Assembly: GCA_036406615.1 (NCBI GenBank)
Contig: DASXAQ010000020.1
Location: forward strand, 16,608 to 80,607
Origin: Actinomycetota bacterium
Lineage (GTDB): Bacteria > Actinomycetota > UBA4738
DNA: 64,000 nucleotides
Direction of reading: 5' to 3'
The position numbers and the translations under genes were made by a program. Shown piece after piece: positions 27,898 through 36,898 of this stretch (its first letter is position 1; each line of letters opens with the position of its first letter). The notes under the pieces were generated by a model. That model saw nothing but the letters and a program-made list of their open reading frames with translations. It made no database searches and was not told the DNA's origin.

Positions 27898-29282
27898 CGC
27901 GCGCCGAGCGCGTGTTCGACCGCGCGGGCCAGGCGCGCATCGTCGCCGGGCGCGACCGTTCGAAGGTCGAACGCCACCACGCCGTCGCCGGTTCGGCAGA
28001 ACACCGCGGGACGGCCGGTTCGAAGTGATGCTGCGGTCTCCTCCGGTCGCTCGGTGGGGACGACGACCAGCACCGACGCCACGGGATGGCCCGGCAGCGC
28101 GCCGCCCCCGAACGCACCGTCGCCGCGCTCGACGAACGCGCCGGGAAGGCGTTCGGCGAGCGCGGCCGCGCGGGTTCGAAGTGCGCGCACCGACGCGCCG
28201 AGCGCCGACCACAGTGGAATCTCGTCCCTCCGGCCGGACGCGTACAGGCGAAGCGTTGCCTCCAGCGCGGCCAGGGTCATCTTGTCCAGTCGAACCGCGC
28301 GCGCGATGGGATGGCGCCGCAGCGTGGCGACCAGGTCGGCACGGCCGGCCACGATGCCGGCCTGCGGGCCGCCCAGGAGCTTGTCGCCGGAGAAGCAGAC
28401 CAGGTCGGCGCCCTCCCGCAGGGCCTCGCGAACCGAGGGCTCGTCCCGCGGCACGCCCGGGTAGCGCTCGAGCAGTCCGCTGCCGACGTCGAACACCAAT
28501 GGGATTCCCGCTGCGGCCGTGATCTTCGAGAGTTCTTGTGGCGCAACCGTATTGGTGAAGCCAACGACGCGATAGTTGCTGGGGTGCACCTTCAGGATCA
28601 GGCCGGTCTTCGCCGTGACGGCACGGCGGTAGTCGGTGGCGCGGGTTCGATTCGTCGTGCCGACCTCGACCAGCTTGGCTCCGGAAGCGGCCATGATCTC
28701 CGGCAGGCGGAACTCGCCGCCGATCTCGATCAGCTCGCCGCGGGAGACCAGCACCTCCCTTCGGGTCGCGAGCGCCGCCAGCGAAAGCAGCAGGCCCGCT
28801 GCGTTGTTGTTCACGCAGATCGCGTCCGGCGCGCCGGTGAGCGCACAGACCATCCGCTCGGCGCGCGCGGTGCGCCGGCCGCGCGACCCGGTCGACCGGT
28901 CCACCTCCAGGTCGGAGTAGCCGGCCGCCACCCGCGAGACCGCCCGCACGGCGGCGCCGGCCAGCGGTGCGCGGCCGAGACCCGTGTGCAGCAGCACGCC
29001 GGTCGCGTTCAGCGCCTCGGAGACCCCCGCCCACTCCCGCGCCGTTCGCTCGACGGCGTTGGCGAGGATCGCGTCGGCCTCCGGCGGCTCCCGGCCGCGC
29101 GCGGCCGCCGCTCGGGCCGCCCGAAGCGACTCCGTCAGCGACGCCTTGAGCAGCGGTCGGCCGAAGCGCGCAGTGGCCCGGCGTCCGGCCTCGGAGCGCA
29201 ACAGCGCATCGACGGACGGCAGCGACCGCCGCCGGTCCGAGGGGACCGGCGTGCGCTTCGACCGCGCCGTTGATTGGACCAT
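27894..29282 (-). CDS. selA: L-seryl-tRNA(Sec) selenium transferase SelA
   Basis: 462 aa. LPSVDALLRSEAG..., NNNAAGLLL, FSGDKLLGGPQAG (PLP lysine). Confidence 0.9.
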   Translation of the reverse strand: MVQSTARSKRTPVPSDRRRSLPSVDALLRSEAGRRATARFGRPLLKASLTESLRAARAAAARGREPPEADAILANAVERTAREWAGVSEALNATGVLLHTGLGRAPLAGAAVRAVSRVAAGYSDLEVDRSTGSRGRRTARAERMVCALTGAPDAICVNNNAAGLLLSLAALATRREVLVSRGELIEIGGEFRLPEIMAASGAKLVEVGTTNRTRATDYRRAVTAKTGLILKVHPSNYRVVGFTNTVAPQELSKITAAAGIPLVFDVGSGLLERYPGVPRDEPSVREALREGADLVCFSGDKLLGGPQAGIVAGRADLVATLRRHPIARAVRLDKMTLAALEATLRLYASGRRDEIPLWSALGASVRALRTRAAALAERLPGAFVERGDGAFGGGALPGHPVASVLVVVPTERPEETAASLRTGRPAVFCRTGDGVVAFDLRTVAPGDDARLARAVEHALGAR

Positions 29283-29311
29283 GCCGGCCCGAGCATAGCC
29301 CCCTGCTCTGT

Positions 29312-29317
29312 TAGGCT
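29312..29317 (+). promoter_or_regulatory. -10-like TAGGCT 9 nt upstream of the nuoD ATG
   Basis: gtTAGGCTcggcctcggATG, within the 44-bp selA/nuoD divergent spacer. Confidence 0.3.
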
Positions 29318-29326
29318 CGGCCTCGG

Positions 29327-30514
29327 ATGGACACGCAGGAACGCCTCGCGTACTCGTCGAGCGCGGACGCCTGGATGCTGCGAGGCGGCGGCATCGATGT
29401 CGTCGTCGAGGGAGCCCTCAACACCGAGGAGATGATCCTCAACATCGGGCCGCAGCACCCGTCGACCCACGGCGTGCTCCGCATCGTGCTGGAGCTGGAC
29501 GGCGAGCGGATCGTGCGGGCCGAGCCGGTGATCGGCTACATGCACCGCGCCGCGGAGAAGCTGGCCGAGTACCGCGACCCCAAGCAGGTCATGGTGCTGA
29601 TGAACCGCCACGACTGGCTGTCCGCGTTCAACAACGAGCTCGGCTGGGTGCTGGCGTGCGAGCGGCTGATGGAGATCGACGTGCCCGAGCGCGCGCGCTG
29701 GATCCGAACCATGGTCGCCGAGTGGAACCGCATCCTGAACCACCTCATGTTCTGCGGCTCGTTCCCGCTGGAGCTCGGCGCGATGACGCCGATGTTCTAC
29801 GCGTTCCGCGAGCGCGAGATGATCCAGGCGCTGCTCGAGTCGGCGACGGGCGCGCGCATGCACCACTCGTACGCGCGCATCGGCGGCTTGAAGGACGACC
29901 TGCCGCGCGGGTTCCTGCAGCAGTCGGCCGAGACGCTGAAGTGGGTGCGGGCCAAGCTCCGCGACTTCGAGACGCTGGTCATGGGCAACGAGATCATCTT
30001 CGCCCGCACGCGCAACATCGGGGTGCTTCCGCCAGAGGCGGCGGTGTCCTACGGATGCTCCGGGCCGGTGCTGCAGGCGTCCGGGGTCGCGATGGACGCG
30101 CGCAGGGACGAGCCGTACGAGAAGTACGACGAGGTCGAGTTCGACGTGCCGGTCGGCACCGTCGGCGATTCGTACGACCGGCTGTGGGTGCTCGTGCAGC
30201 GGATGTGGGAGTCCTGCCGGATCATCGAGCAGTGCATGGACAAGCTGCCGCCCGGGCAGTTCGTCGCGGCGAAGCTCCCCAAGCGCATGAAGATTCCCGA
30301 GGGCGAGATCTACGTCCGCACCGAGAACCCGCTCGGGCTGATGGGCTACTACGTGGTGGGCGACGGCGGCGAGTCGCCGTACCGACTCAAGATGCGCACG
30401 GCGTCGTTCTCGAACGTCTCGATGATCGCGGCCCTGCTGCCCGGCTCGCTGATGCCGGATCTGATCTCGGTCCTGGGCAGCGTGTTCTTCGTCGTCGGCG
30501 ACGTCGACTGCTGA
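29327..30514 (+). CDS. nuoD: NADH-quinone oxidoreductase subunit D homologue, stand-alone copy
   Basis: 395 aa. NIGPQHPSTHGVLRIVLELDGE, IGYMHRAAEKLAE, ARMHHSYARIGG. No other nuo genes flank it. Confidence 0.9.
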   Translation: MDTQERLAYSSSADAWMLRGGGIDVVVEGALNTEEMILNIGPQHPSTHGVLRIVLELDGERIVRAEPVIGYMHRAAEKLAEYRDPKQVMVLMNRHDWLSAFNNELGWVLACERLMEIDVPERARWIRTMVAEWNRILNHLMFCGSFPLELGAMTPMFYAFREREMIQALLESATGARMHHSYARIGGLKDDLPRGFLQQSAETLKWVRAKLRDFETLVMGNEIIFARTRNIGVLPPEAAVSYGCSGPVLQASGVAMDARRDEPYEKYDEVEFDVPVGTVGDSYDRLWVLVQRMWESCRIIEQCMDKLPPGQFVAAKLPKRMKIPEGEIYVRTENPLGLMGYYVVGDGGESPYRLKMRTASFSNVSMIAALLPGSLMPDLISVLGSVFFVVGDVDC

Positions 30515-30529
30515 CGCCCGGCCGGCGAA

Positions 30530-30546
30530 CGGGCTCTTCGAGCCCG
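30530..30546. terminator. hairpin between convergent nuoD and the small ORF
   Basis: CGGGCTC-TTC-GAGCCCG. Confidence 0.3.
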
Positions 30547-30547
30547 G

Positions 30548-30706
30548 CTACTCCTGCGACTGCGACGCGGCCTTGGCCGCTGCCTTCGCGTCGGCCTTGG
30601 CCCTGGCCTTGTCCTGCTTGGCCTGCTTGTCGCCGCCGAGCAGCCACGCGACGAGGATGGGGATGCCGATGATCAGGATCAGGAAGATCGCCGCTTGGAT
30701 GACCAT
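30548..30706 (-). CDS. small membrane protein (52 aa), below the ORF-track size cut-off
   Basis: My translation: MVIQAAIFLILIIGIPILVAWLLGGDKQAKQDKARAKADAKAAAKAASQSQE. GC3-rich codons. AAGGACGG lies 6 nt upstream of the ATG, 27 nt after the MidA stop. Confidence 0.45.
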   Translation of the reverse strand: MVIQAAIFLILIIGIPILVAWLLGGDKQAKQDKARAKADAKAAAKAASQSQE

Positions 30707-30733
30707 GCGTCACCGTCCTTTCGGGCTCACATC

Positions 30734-31849
30734 CTAGCCCTCCGGGAAGCCGGGCGGGAGGGCGTCCGGGTTCACCCCCGCGCCGAGGCATAGGACGGCG
30801 AACCCGCCGAGCCCCGCCGGATCGACCAGCAGCCGGGCGGCGTTGCGCTCGGAGTACCGGCGCGCGGCGTCGACGCCCCGGCGCTCCCGCTGGGCCAGGC
30901 CCTGCTCGGACAGGGCGGCTCGGTCCCATTCGGCGAACCCGAGCGACCGCAGCAGGTCGCGCTGGGAGACCGGTCCCCACGCCGACAGCCCGCGCGCGCG
31001 GGCCCGTACCGCGATCTCGTCGAAATCCACGCCCGCGGTGATGTCCTGCGTGCCGGGGTGCGACAGCACGTCGGCGAGCGCCCGGTGGCGGCGGTACCCG
31101 TGGACGGCGTCGCGCGCGTCGGCGCCCGGCGGGGCCGCGTAGTCGACGAGTACCGCGTAGCCGCGCCGAAGCGTCCGCGCGAGCGCATCGACGAACTCCC
31201 ACGCTCCGGTGGGCACGACGCGCTCCGTCCCGGGCGCGAGCGACTCCCCGGCCAGCCGGACCGCGTCGAGCGACGGCGCGCCCTCGACGAACGTCAGCGC
31301 GTCGCCGTCGAGACCGACCAGGACCTCGCGGACTTCGCCGTCGGCCCGGCGCGCCACCCGGTGGAAGGGGAGGTTGTCCAGCAGCTCGTTGGCCAGGACG
31401 ACGCCCTCGAGCGGCGACAGTTCGGCGAGCGACGCCGCCCACGTGAGCTCGTCGCCCGAGCGACCCTTCGAGGCGGACGCGGCGTCCATCGATCGCTCGA
31501 TCGCGACGAAGGAGGCCGCGCGGCCAAGCGTGGAGTCCCCCGAAAGCGCGCCGGCGATGGTTCGAAGCAGCGTGGCGTCGCCCGCACCCACGTCGACGAC
31601 GCGAAACGCCCCGGGGCGCCCGAGCGCGTCCCACGCCGCGGTCGCGAATCCGGCCAGCAGCGTGCCGAACGCCGGCGAAACGTGCGGCGACGTGACGAAG
31701 TCTCCCTCGACGCCCGCGGGGTGCGGCGCTCGGCGCGCGTAGTAGCCGCCCTCCGGGTCGTACAGCGCGATCTCCATGAACTCGGCGAAGGAGATCGGCC
31801 CCCGCCGCGTGATCTGGTCGAGGATGCGCCGGTGCGCGGGCGTCGTCAT
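30734..31849 (-). CDS. MidA/NDUFAF7-family SAM-dependent methyltransferase (DUF185)
   Basis: Start MTTPAHRRILDQITRRGPISFAEFMEIALYDPEGGYYA, then DFVTSPHVSPAFG and VVDVGAGDATL (SAM motif I). The N-terminal part of the track ORF is rejected. Confidence 0.85.
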   Translation of the reverse strand: MTTPAHRRILDQITRRGPISFAEFMEIALYDPEGGYYARRAPHPAGVEGDFVTSPHVSPAFGTLLAGFATAAWDALGRPGAFRVVDVGAGDATLLRTIAGALSGDSTLGRAASFVAIERSMDAASASKGRSGDELTWAASLAELSPLEGVVLANELLDNLPFHRVARRADGEVREVLVGLDGDALTFVEGAPSLDAVRLAGESLAPGTERVVPTGAWEFVDALARTLRRGYAVLVDYAAPPGADARDAVHGYRRHRALADVLSHPGTQDITAGVDFDEIAVRARARGLSAWGPVSQRDLLRSLGFAEWDRAALSEQGLAQRERRGVDAARRYSERNAARLLVDPAGLGGFAVLCLGAGVNPDALPPGFPEG

Positions 31850-31902
31850 CGGGCCATGATGGCCGATGCGGTCGCCGACCGGTCGTCTGGCAAGATGGTC
31901 GG

Positions 31903-32523
31903 ATGGACGCTCCGCGCGCCGCGGCGGCGATGGTCGTGGTCCGGGCCGCCGCCGGCGCTGAGACCGGGGGCATCGAGGTGCTGGTCGCCCGGCGTTCGAC
32001 GCGGAGCCGGTTCGCACCCGGCTACGTCGTGTTCCCCGGCGGCGCCCTCGATCCCGGCGACGACGGCCTGGCCCTCGCATGGTTCGGGGAGCCCGCCCGT
32101 CCCTCGCTGTCCTGCGCGCTCCGCGAGCTGGTCGAGGAGGTGGGCCTGTCCGTCGCGGGCTGCTCGGTGGTGGAGGCGCCCGAGCGCCGGCCGCGTGTCG
32201 AACCGCCGCTGCCCGACCTGGCCGCGTTCCACGAGATGGCCAGGTGGGTCGCGCCGGAGTTCCTGCCGGTCCGTTTCGACGCGCGGTTCTTCGCGGTCGT
32301 GGCGGGGCCGGGGCTGCGCCCGTCGCCCGATGGGGTGGAGATCGACGACGCGTGGTGGGCGCGGCCGGGCGATGTGGTGCGACGGTCGGTGGAGGGGTCC
32401 GTCTCGCTGGCATGGCCGACGCTGTGCATGCTGGAGGCGCTTACGGCGTGCCGCACGGTCGACGAAGCGTTGGACCTTCGTGTATCGCAGGTTCCGCCGC
32501 CGCTGGAGCGCAGCGCCCCGTGA
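31903..32523 (+). CDS. NUDIX hydrolase
   Basis: 206 aa. Nudix box GGALDPGD...ALRELVEEVGL. Confidence 0.8.
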   Translation: MDAPRAAAAMVVVRAAAGAETGGIEVLVARRSTRSRFAPGYVVFPGGALDPGDDGLALAWFGEPARPSLSCALRELVEEVGLSVAGCSVVEAPERRPRVEPPLPDLAAFHEMARWVAPEFLPVRFDARFFAVVAGPGLRPSPDGVEIDDAWWARPGDVVRRSVEGSVSLAWPTLCMLEALTACRTVDEALDLRVSQVPPPLERSAP

Positions 32524-33419
32524 GCGGCTCGAGCCGTCCGGTCGCGCGCGTCCTGGCGCCGAACCCGGGGCCGATGACCCTGGAGGGGACGAACACGTGG
32601 ATCGTCGGGCGCGAGCCGGCGCTCGTCATCGATCCGGGGCCGGACGATCGGGGTCACCTTGGGGAGGTCGCCGGCCGCGCTGGGCGCGTGGCCGCCATCC
32701 TGCTCACCCACCATCACCCGGACCACGCGCCCGGCGCGGCGGCCCTCGCGTCGATGACCGGCGCGAACGTGATGGCGCTTCGGCCGGTGGCGGGCGAAGG
32801 AAGGCTGCGCGACGGGGAAACGATCGAGGCCGGCGGCGTTCGGCTCGCCGTCGTCTCGACGCCGGGGCACACGCAGGACCACGTCACGTTCCACGAGCCG
32901 GACCTGCGCGCGCTGTTCACCGGCGATGCGGTCCTGGGCCGAGGCACCAGCGTGATCGACCCGCCCGAAGGCGACCTGTCCGCGTACCTGAGATCGCTCG
33001 AGCGCATGGTGGCGCTTCGCCCGAGCGTCCTGTACCCGGGACACGGTCCGGCCGTGTGGTCGGCGATGGACAAGCTGACGGAGTACGTCCGGCACCGTCA
33101 GGAGCGCGAGCGGCAGGTGCTGGAAGGCTTGGAAGGCGGCGCGCGCACGCCGGGCGAACTCGTGCCCGCCATCTACGCCGACTATCCGGCCGAGCTGCAT
33201 CCGCTCGCGGAGCGCTCGGTGCTCGCCCACCTGCTGAAGCTCGAACGCGAGGGCCGGGCTGCCAGGGTCGGCAAGCCTTCCGACGACCGGTTCGAGGTGT
33301 CGACGCCGCGCGCGTGCGCGCGATGCGGACGCCCCGCGCCGCCGCGCGCGACGCTGTGCGGCCGGTGCAGCCTGGCTGTGCTTCAAGAGGCGCCGGGCGC
33401 GGGCGAGGCGACGACGTAG
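32520..33419 (+). CDS. MBL-fold metallo-hydrolase with C-terminal CxxC...CxxC tail
   Basis: GTG overlaps the NUDIX stop (GTGA). ILLTHHHPDHAPG, TPGHT, GDAVLG, and tail CARCGRP...CGRC. Confidence 0.85.
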   Translation: MSGSSRPVARVLAPNPGPMTLEGTNTWIVGREPALVIDPGPDDRGHLGEVAGRAGRVAAILLTHHHPDHAPGAAALASMTGANVMALRPVAGEGRLRDGETIEAGGVRLAVVSTPGHTQDHVTFHEPDLRALFTGDAVLGRGTSVIDPPEGDLSAYLRSLERMVALRPSVLYPGHGPAVWSAMDKLTEYVRHRQERERQVLEGLEGGARTPGELVPAIYADYPAELHPLAERSVLAHLLKLEREGRAARVGKPSDDRFEVSTPRACARCGRPAPPRATLCGRCSLAVLQEAPGAGEATT

Positions 33420-33994
33420 CGTCCGTCCATCCATCGGACCATCCCGCGCGTTCGAAGGGCTCCCAGCGCCCGGTTCACGCTCTCCCTGGTCGCCCCGGCC
33501 ATCGCCGCCAGCAGGTCCTGGCGGATGGGGAGTTCGACGCGAACCCATGCGCCGCCGGCGGCGGTGCCGTGGACCCGCGTGCCGTGGTCGCGGGCGAGGT
33601 CGCGGAGCGCGGCCAGCACGCGATCGGCGACGGGCAGCGTGAGCGCCGCCGCGAGGCGGCGTTCGGCATCGAGCAGTCGTTCGTGCAGGCGCTCCGCCAG
33701 CCACGCCGCGGTCTCGATGTCGGACGCGGCCGCTCCCGCCAGTCGCCCGGGCGACATGAGCGCCACCGCGGCGTCCACGACCGCGCAGACCTCGGGCCGG
33801 GCTGGGCGGGCGAACCCCCCGTCGGCCGGCCATTCGAATCCGAGCGGCGCGCCGGCCGGGTCGACGCGCCCAGGCGGGAGCGCCGCCTCCAGGCCGAACA
33901 GCTTCCCGGGGCCGAGCACCGCGGTGACGGCGCGGCATCCCGAGGCCGCGGGCCAGGACAGGGCGATCGCTCCCGACGCCACGACGCCGGCCAC
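33383..33994 (-). CDS. Crp/Fnr-family regulator with a short, degenerate sensor domain
   Basis: C-terminal HTH GATRESVNRALGALRTRGMVRWMDGRYVV resembles mycobacterial Crp. Only a remnant of the nucleotide-binding barrel remains (GPGKLFGLEA). Confidence 0.7.
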   Translation of the reverse strand: MAGVVASGAIALSWPAASGCRAVTAVLGPGKLFGLEAALPPGRVDPAGAPLGFEWPADGGFARPARPEVCAVVDAAVALMSPGRLAGAAASDIETAAWLAERLHERLLDAERRLAAALTLPVADRVLAALRDLARDHGTRVHGTAAGGAWVRVELPIRQDLLAAMAGATRESVNRALGALRTRGMVRWMDGRYVVASPAPGAS

Positions 33995-34213
33995 CGGATC
34001 GCGGGAGATCCTCGGCGCGGGGCCCGCCGGGATCCGAACGACCCTGGCCCCGATCAGCTCCCGGACGCGGGCAGACGGGAGCGAGCGGGGATCAAGGGGG
34101 AGCGAGCGCTCGAGGCTCGAACGCCGGCTCGTGGGCCGTCCTCCTCCGGGGAGGCGGGCAGTCTAGCGCGCCCTGCCGACCGTCGGGGGCGGCTCGTATC
34201 ATCGGCGCTGTTC

Positions 34214-35083
34214 ATGAGGGCCGAGACCGACGTTCGCGTCGACGAGGGCGACTCGAGACACTCGGTGGCCGTGCTGGGGGCCGTCCGCGACGACATCCGC
34301 CAGACGCTTCGCGTCGCCTGGATCGACCCATCGATCGAGGCCGTCGCCGCCGCATCTCCGGTCTTCTTCACCGCCGCGTGGTCGGCGATCCGTCCCAACG
34401 TCGGCCGGAGCTTCCTTCGCCTGTCGCGGGCCCTGCGGTCGCTGGCCGCCGAGTCGGTCCGCGCGTCGATGGACCCGCCCGACCTGCGCAAGTCGCTGGA
34501 GCGGCGCGTGTCGCAGGAAGAGATCCGGCGCCTCGGCGAGGCCGCGCGCGCCGGGCAGGCCTCGGCGGCGAAGGTCCTGATCGTCGTGACCGCGCTGCTG
34601 CGCGCCGCCCGCCGGGAGCCGACGGCGGGGACGGGGCAGGAGGAGCCGTCGCTTCGCCGTGGCATCCCCGACTGGCAGCGGTGGATGTCGATCGAACAGG
34701 AGGCCGAGCGATCGCGGCCGGTGCTTGAGCGTGCGGCGCGCCGGCTCGGCTCGCCCGAGGCCCCGGGCGCGTTGCGACTGTTCGCGCGCTGGCCCGAAGC
34801 GTTGGCGCCGCTGTGGAAAGGCATGGAGCCGAATCTGCAGTCCGACGCGTGGACGGCGTCATCCACGAAGCTTCGCCGGACGGTGCGCGCCGGGCTGGCG
34901 TCGCTGCCGCACCCGATCGACCTGCAGTGGCCCGCGCTGTACGAGCGCGGGCTCACCGATGCCGACCGCCGGCGACTGGCGGAGCTGGTGGCGAGCCACG
35001 AGCGGGCGAGCCCGAGCCACACGCTCGCGGCCGCGTTCGCGTGGCTGTCGTTCGGCGCGCCCGAGGTCGGCCTGGAGAGCTGA
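34214..35083 (+). CDS. hypothetical protein with an internal two-fold repeat (possibly DehI-like)
   Basis: ATG at 34214. Repeats FFTAAWSAIRPNVGRSF and LAPLWKGMEPNLQSDAW. GC3-rich. Family call is a weak recollection. Confidence 0.55.
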   Translation: MRAETDVRVDEGDSRHSVAVLGAVRDDIRQTLRVAWIDPSIEAVAAASPVFFTAAWSAIRPNVGRSFLRLSRALRSLAAESVRASMDPPDLRKSLERRVSQEEIRRLGEAARAGQASAAKVLIVVTALLRAARREPTAGTGQEEPSLRRGIPDWQRWMSIEQEAERSRPVLERAARRLGSPEAPGALRLFARWPEALAPLWKGMEPNLQSDAWTASSTKLRRTVRAGLASLPHPIDLQWPALYERGLTDADRRRLAELVASHERASPSHTLAAAFAWLSFGAPEVGLES

Positions 35084-35484
35084 TGCTCGCCGAGTTCACG
35101 GCGGCCGACGCGCCCGACGACGTCGTGGGCAGCGCCGAGTGGGACGGCCCCGGCGTCCGGATCGACGCCGAGGACGCGTCGGTTCGCATGGCCATCGAAC
35201 GCATCTTCGCCCCCACGTCCGTGCTGGTGGACGACCCGTCGCTGCGCTCGTTCGGGACGGCCGGGCCGCAGCTGCTCATGCCCGGATCGCTTCGGTGGTT
35301 CCTGGCCGCCGCCGAGTCCCGGGCGCCGGGGGAGGGACTGGCGGCGCGGCTCGTTCCCCAGACGGGACGCACGCTCGGCTGGGATCCCGCCGGCGCGTAC
35401 CGGACGTTCGGTTCGGCCGTGGAACGCCGCGAGCGGGGCGCGGCGAAGGAGCGGCCCGGCGCGCCCCAGGGCGCTCAGGCGTAG
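35083..35484 (+). CDS. hypothetical protein
   Basis: ATG overlaps the upstream TGA (TGATG). 133 aa with no recognised motif. Confidence 0.45.
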   Translation: MLAEFTAADAPDDVVGSAEWDGPGVRIDAEDASVRMAIERIFAPTSVLVDDPSLRSFGTAGPQLLMPGSLRWFLAAAESRAPGEGLAARLVPQTGRTLGWDPAGAYRTFGSAVERRERGAAKERPGAPQGAQA

Positions 35485-36860
35485 CGCGCGGGATCCAGCA
35501 CCTCGTCCAGCTCCGCGGCCGGCGCGATGCCCTCGGCCTCCGCGACCGCGCGAACGGTTCGCCCGGACCGGAACGCTTCGACCGCCACCTCCGCCGCGCG
35601 CTCGTAGCCGACCAGCGGGCGAAGCGCCGTCGCGAGCCCGAGCGACGCCCAGGCGAACTCGCGGCACCGTTCGGCGTCGGCTTCGATCCCGCGGACGCAG
35701 CGGTGCTCGAGCGTCTCGGCCGCGCGCTGCAGCAGGTGCTCGCACTCCAGCAGCTCGTCGGCGATCAGCGGCGTCATGACGGTCATGTCCAGCTGGCCGG
35801 CCGACACCGCCAGGGCGACGGCGTGCTCCGCGCCGGATACCCGCATGCACACCATGTTCGCCATCTCGCAGATCGACGGGTTCACCTTGCCGGGCATGAT
35901 CGAGGACCCGGGCTGCACCTCGGGCAGGCGGATCTCGGCCAGGCCGGTTCGCGGCCCCATCGCCATCATCCGGAGGTCGTCGCAGACCTGGCCGACCGCG
36001 AGCGCCACGCCCTTCATCGCGGCGGCGAACTCGCCGAGGTCCCCGTGGTTTCGAACGATCTCCACCAGGTCGTCTGCGCCGAAGAGCTCCAGGCCGGTGA
36101 CGCCGGGCAGTTCCTCCAGGACGGCGTCGCGATACCCGGGCGGCGCGCCGAAGCCGGTCCCGAGCGCCGTGCCGCCGATCGGCAGCCTGGCGACGCGTTC
36201 GCGGGCGGTCTGCTCCAGCCGGTCGGTGGCCCGCGCGACCATCGCGGCGTACGCGCGGAACTCGCGACCTACGGTGACCGGCACCGCGTCCTGCAGGTGC
36301 GTCCGCCCCGACGTCACGATGTCCGCGAAGGCGTCGCCCCTGGCCTGCAGCGACCCGGCGAGCGTCCGCAGCGCGCCGATCACCGGCTCTGACGCGCGAA
36401 CGACGGCGATCCGCGTGGCGGTCGGGAACACGTCGTTCGAGGACTGGCCCATGTTCACGTGGTCGTTCGGATGGACGCGGTCGTACGAGCCCAGGCTTCC
36501 GCCGAGCCGCTCGTTGGCGCGATTCGCCAGCACCTCGTTGACGTTCATGTGGGTCGACGTGCCGGCGCCGGCCTGGTACGGGTCGACCAGGAACTGGTCG
36601 GCCAGCGCTCCGTCCAGGACCTCGTGGCCGGCGCGTTCGATGGCGGCGGCCACGTCCTGCGACAGGGCGCCGATGCGCGCGTTGGCGCGCGCGGCAGCGA
36701 CCTTCACCTCCACCAACGCCCGGATGATCTCCGGCCGCGGTCGACGGCCGCTGATGCGGAAGTTCTCGACCGCCCGGACGGTCTCGGCGCCGTAGTACGC
36801 GTCCGACGGCACCTGCACCTCGCCCAGGGCGTCGTGTTCGATCCGATGCTGCGCTCCCAT
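35475..36860 (-). CDS. class II fumarate hydratase / aspartate ammonia-lyase family enzyme
   Basis: 461 aa. DALGEVQVPSDAYYGAETVRAVENFRISG is aspartase-like. SS-loop GSSIMPGKVNPSICE is fumarase-like. Confidence 0.9.
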   Translation of the reverse strand: MGAQHRIEHDALGEVQVPSDAYYGAETVRAVENFRISGRRPRPEIIRALVEVKVAAARANARIGALSQDVAAAIERAGHEVLDGALADQFLVDPYQAGAGTSTHMNVNEVLANRANERLGGSLGSYDRVHPNDHVNMGQSSNDVFPTATRIAVVRASEPVIGALRTLAGSLQARGDAFADIVTSGRTHLQDAVPVTVGREFRAYAAMVARATDRLEQTARERVARLPIGGTALGTGFGAPPGYRDAVLEELPGVTGLELFGADDLVEIVRNHGDLGEFAAAMKGVALAVGQVCDDLRMMAMGPRTGLAEIRLPEVQPGSSIMPGKVNPSICEMANMVCMRVSGAEHAVALAVSAGQLDMTVMTPLIADELLECEHLLQRAAETLEHRCVRGIEADAERCREFAWASLGLATALRPLVGYERAAEVAVEAFRSGRTVRAVAEAEGIAPAAELDEVLDPARYA

Positions 36861-36898
36861 GTCGCTCCTCCTGTTCTCGCAGGTCCAGCGTACGGCCG

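Noticed and set aside
27898-29034. N-terminal extension making a 1007-aa 'SelB'
   Set aside because: The extension is out of frame with, and fully overlaps, the well-supported selA. SelB homology begins at the GTG at 27897, which overlaps the selA stop.
25960-29326. tRNA-Sec (selC) flanking selA/selB
   Set aside because: The spacers (25960-26010 and 29283-29326) are too short. I saw no CUUCAAA anticodon-loop context or long-acceptor cloverleaf anywhere in the window's intergenic regions.
31058-35083. 1341-aa plus-strand ORF, the longest in the track
   Set aside because: It is mostly Arg/Gly/Pro/Ala-rich with no motifs. It lies antisense to or out of frame with well-supported genes (MidA, NUDIX, MBL, Crp). 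Only its last 289 codons (34214-35083) look like a real gene. This is a typical high-GC stop-codon-poor artefact.
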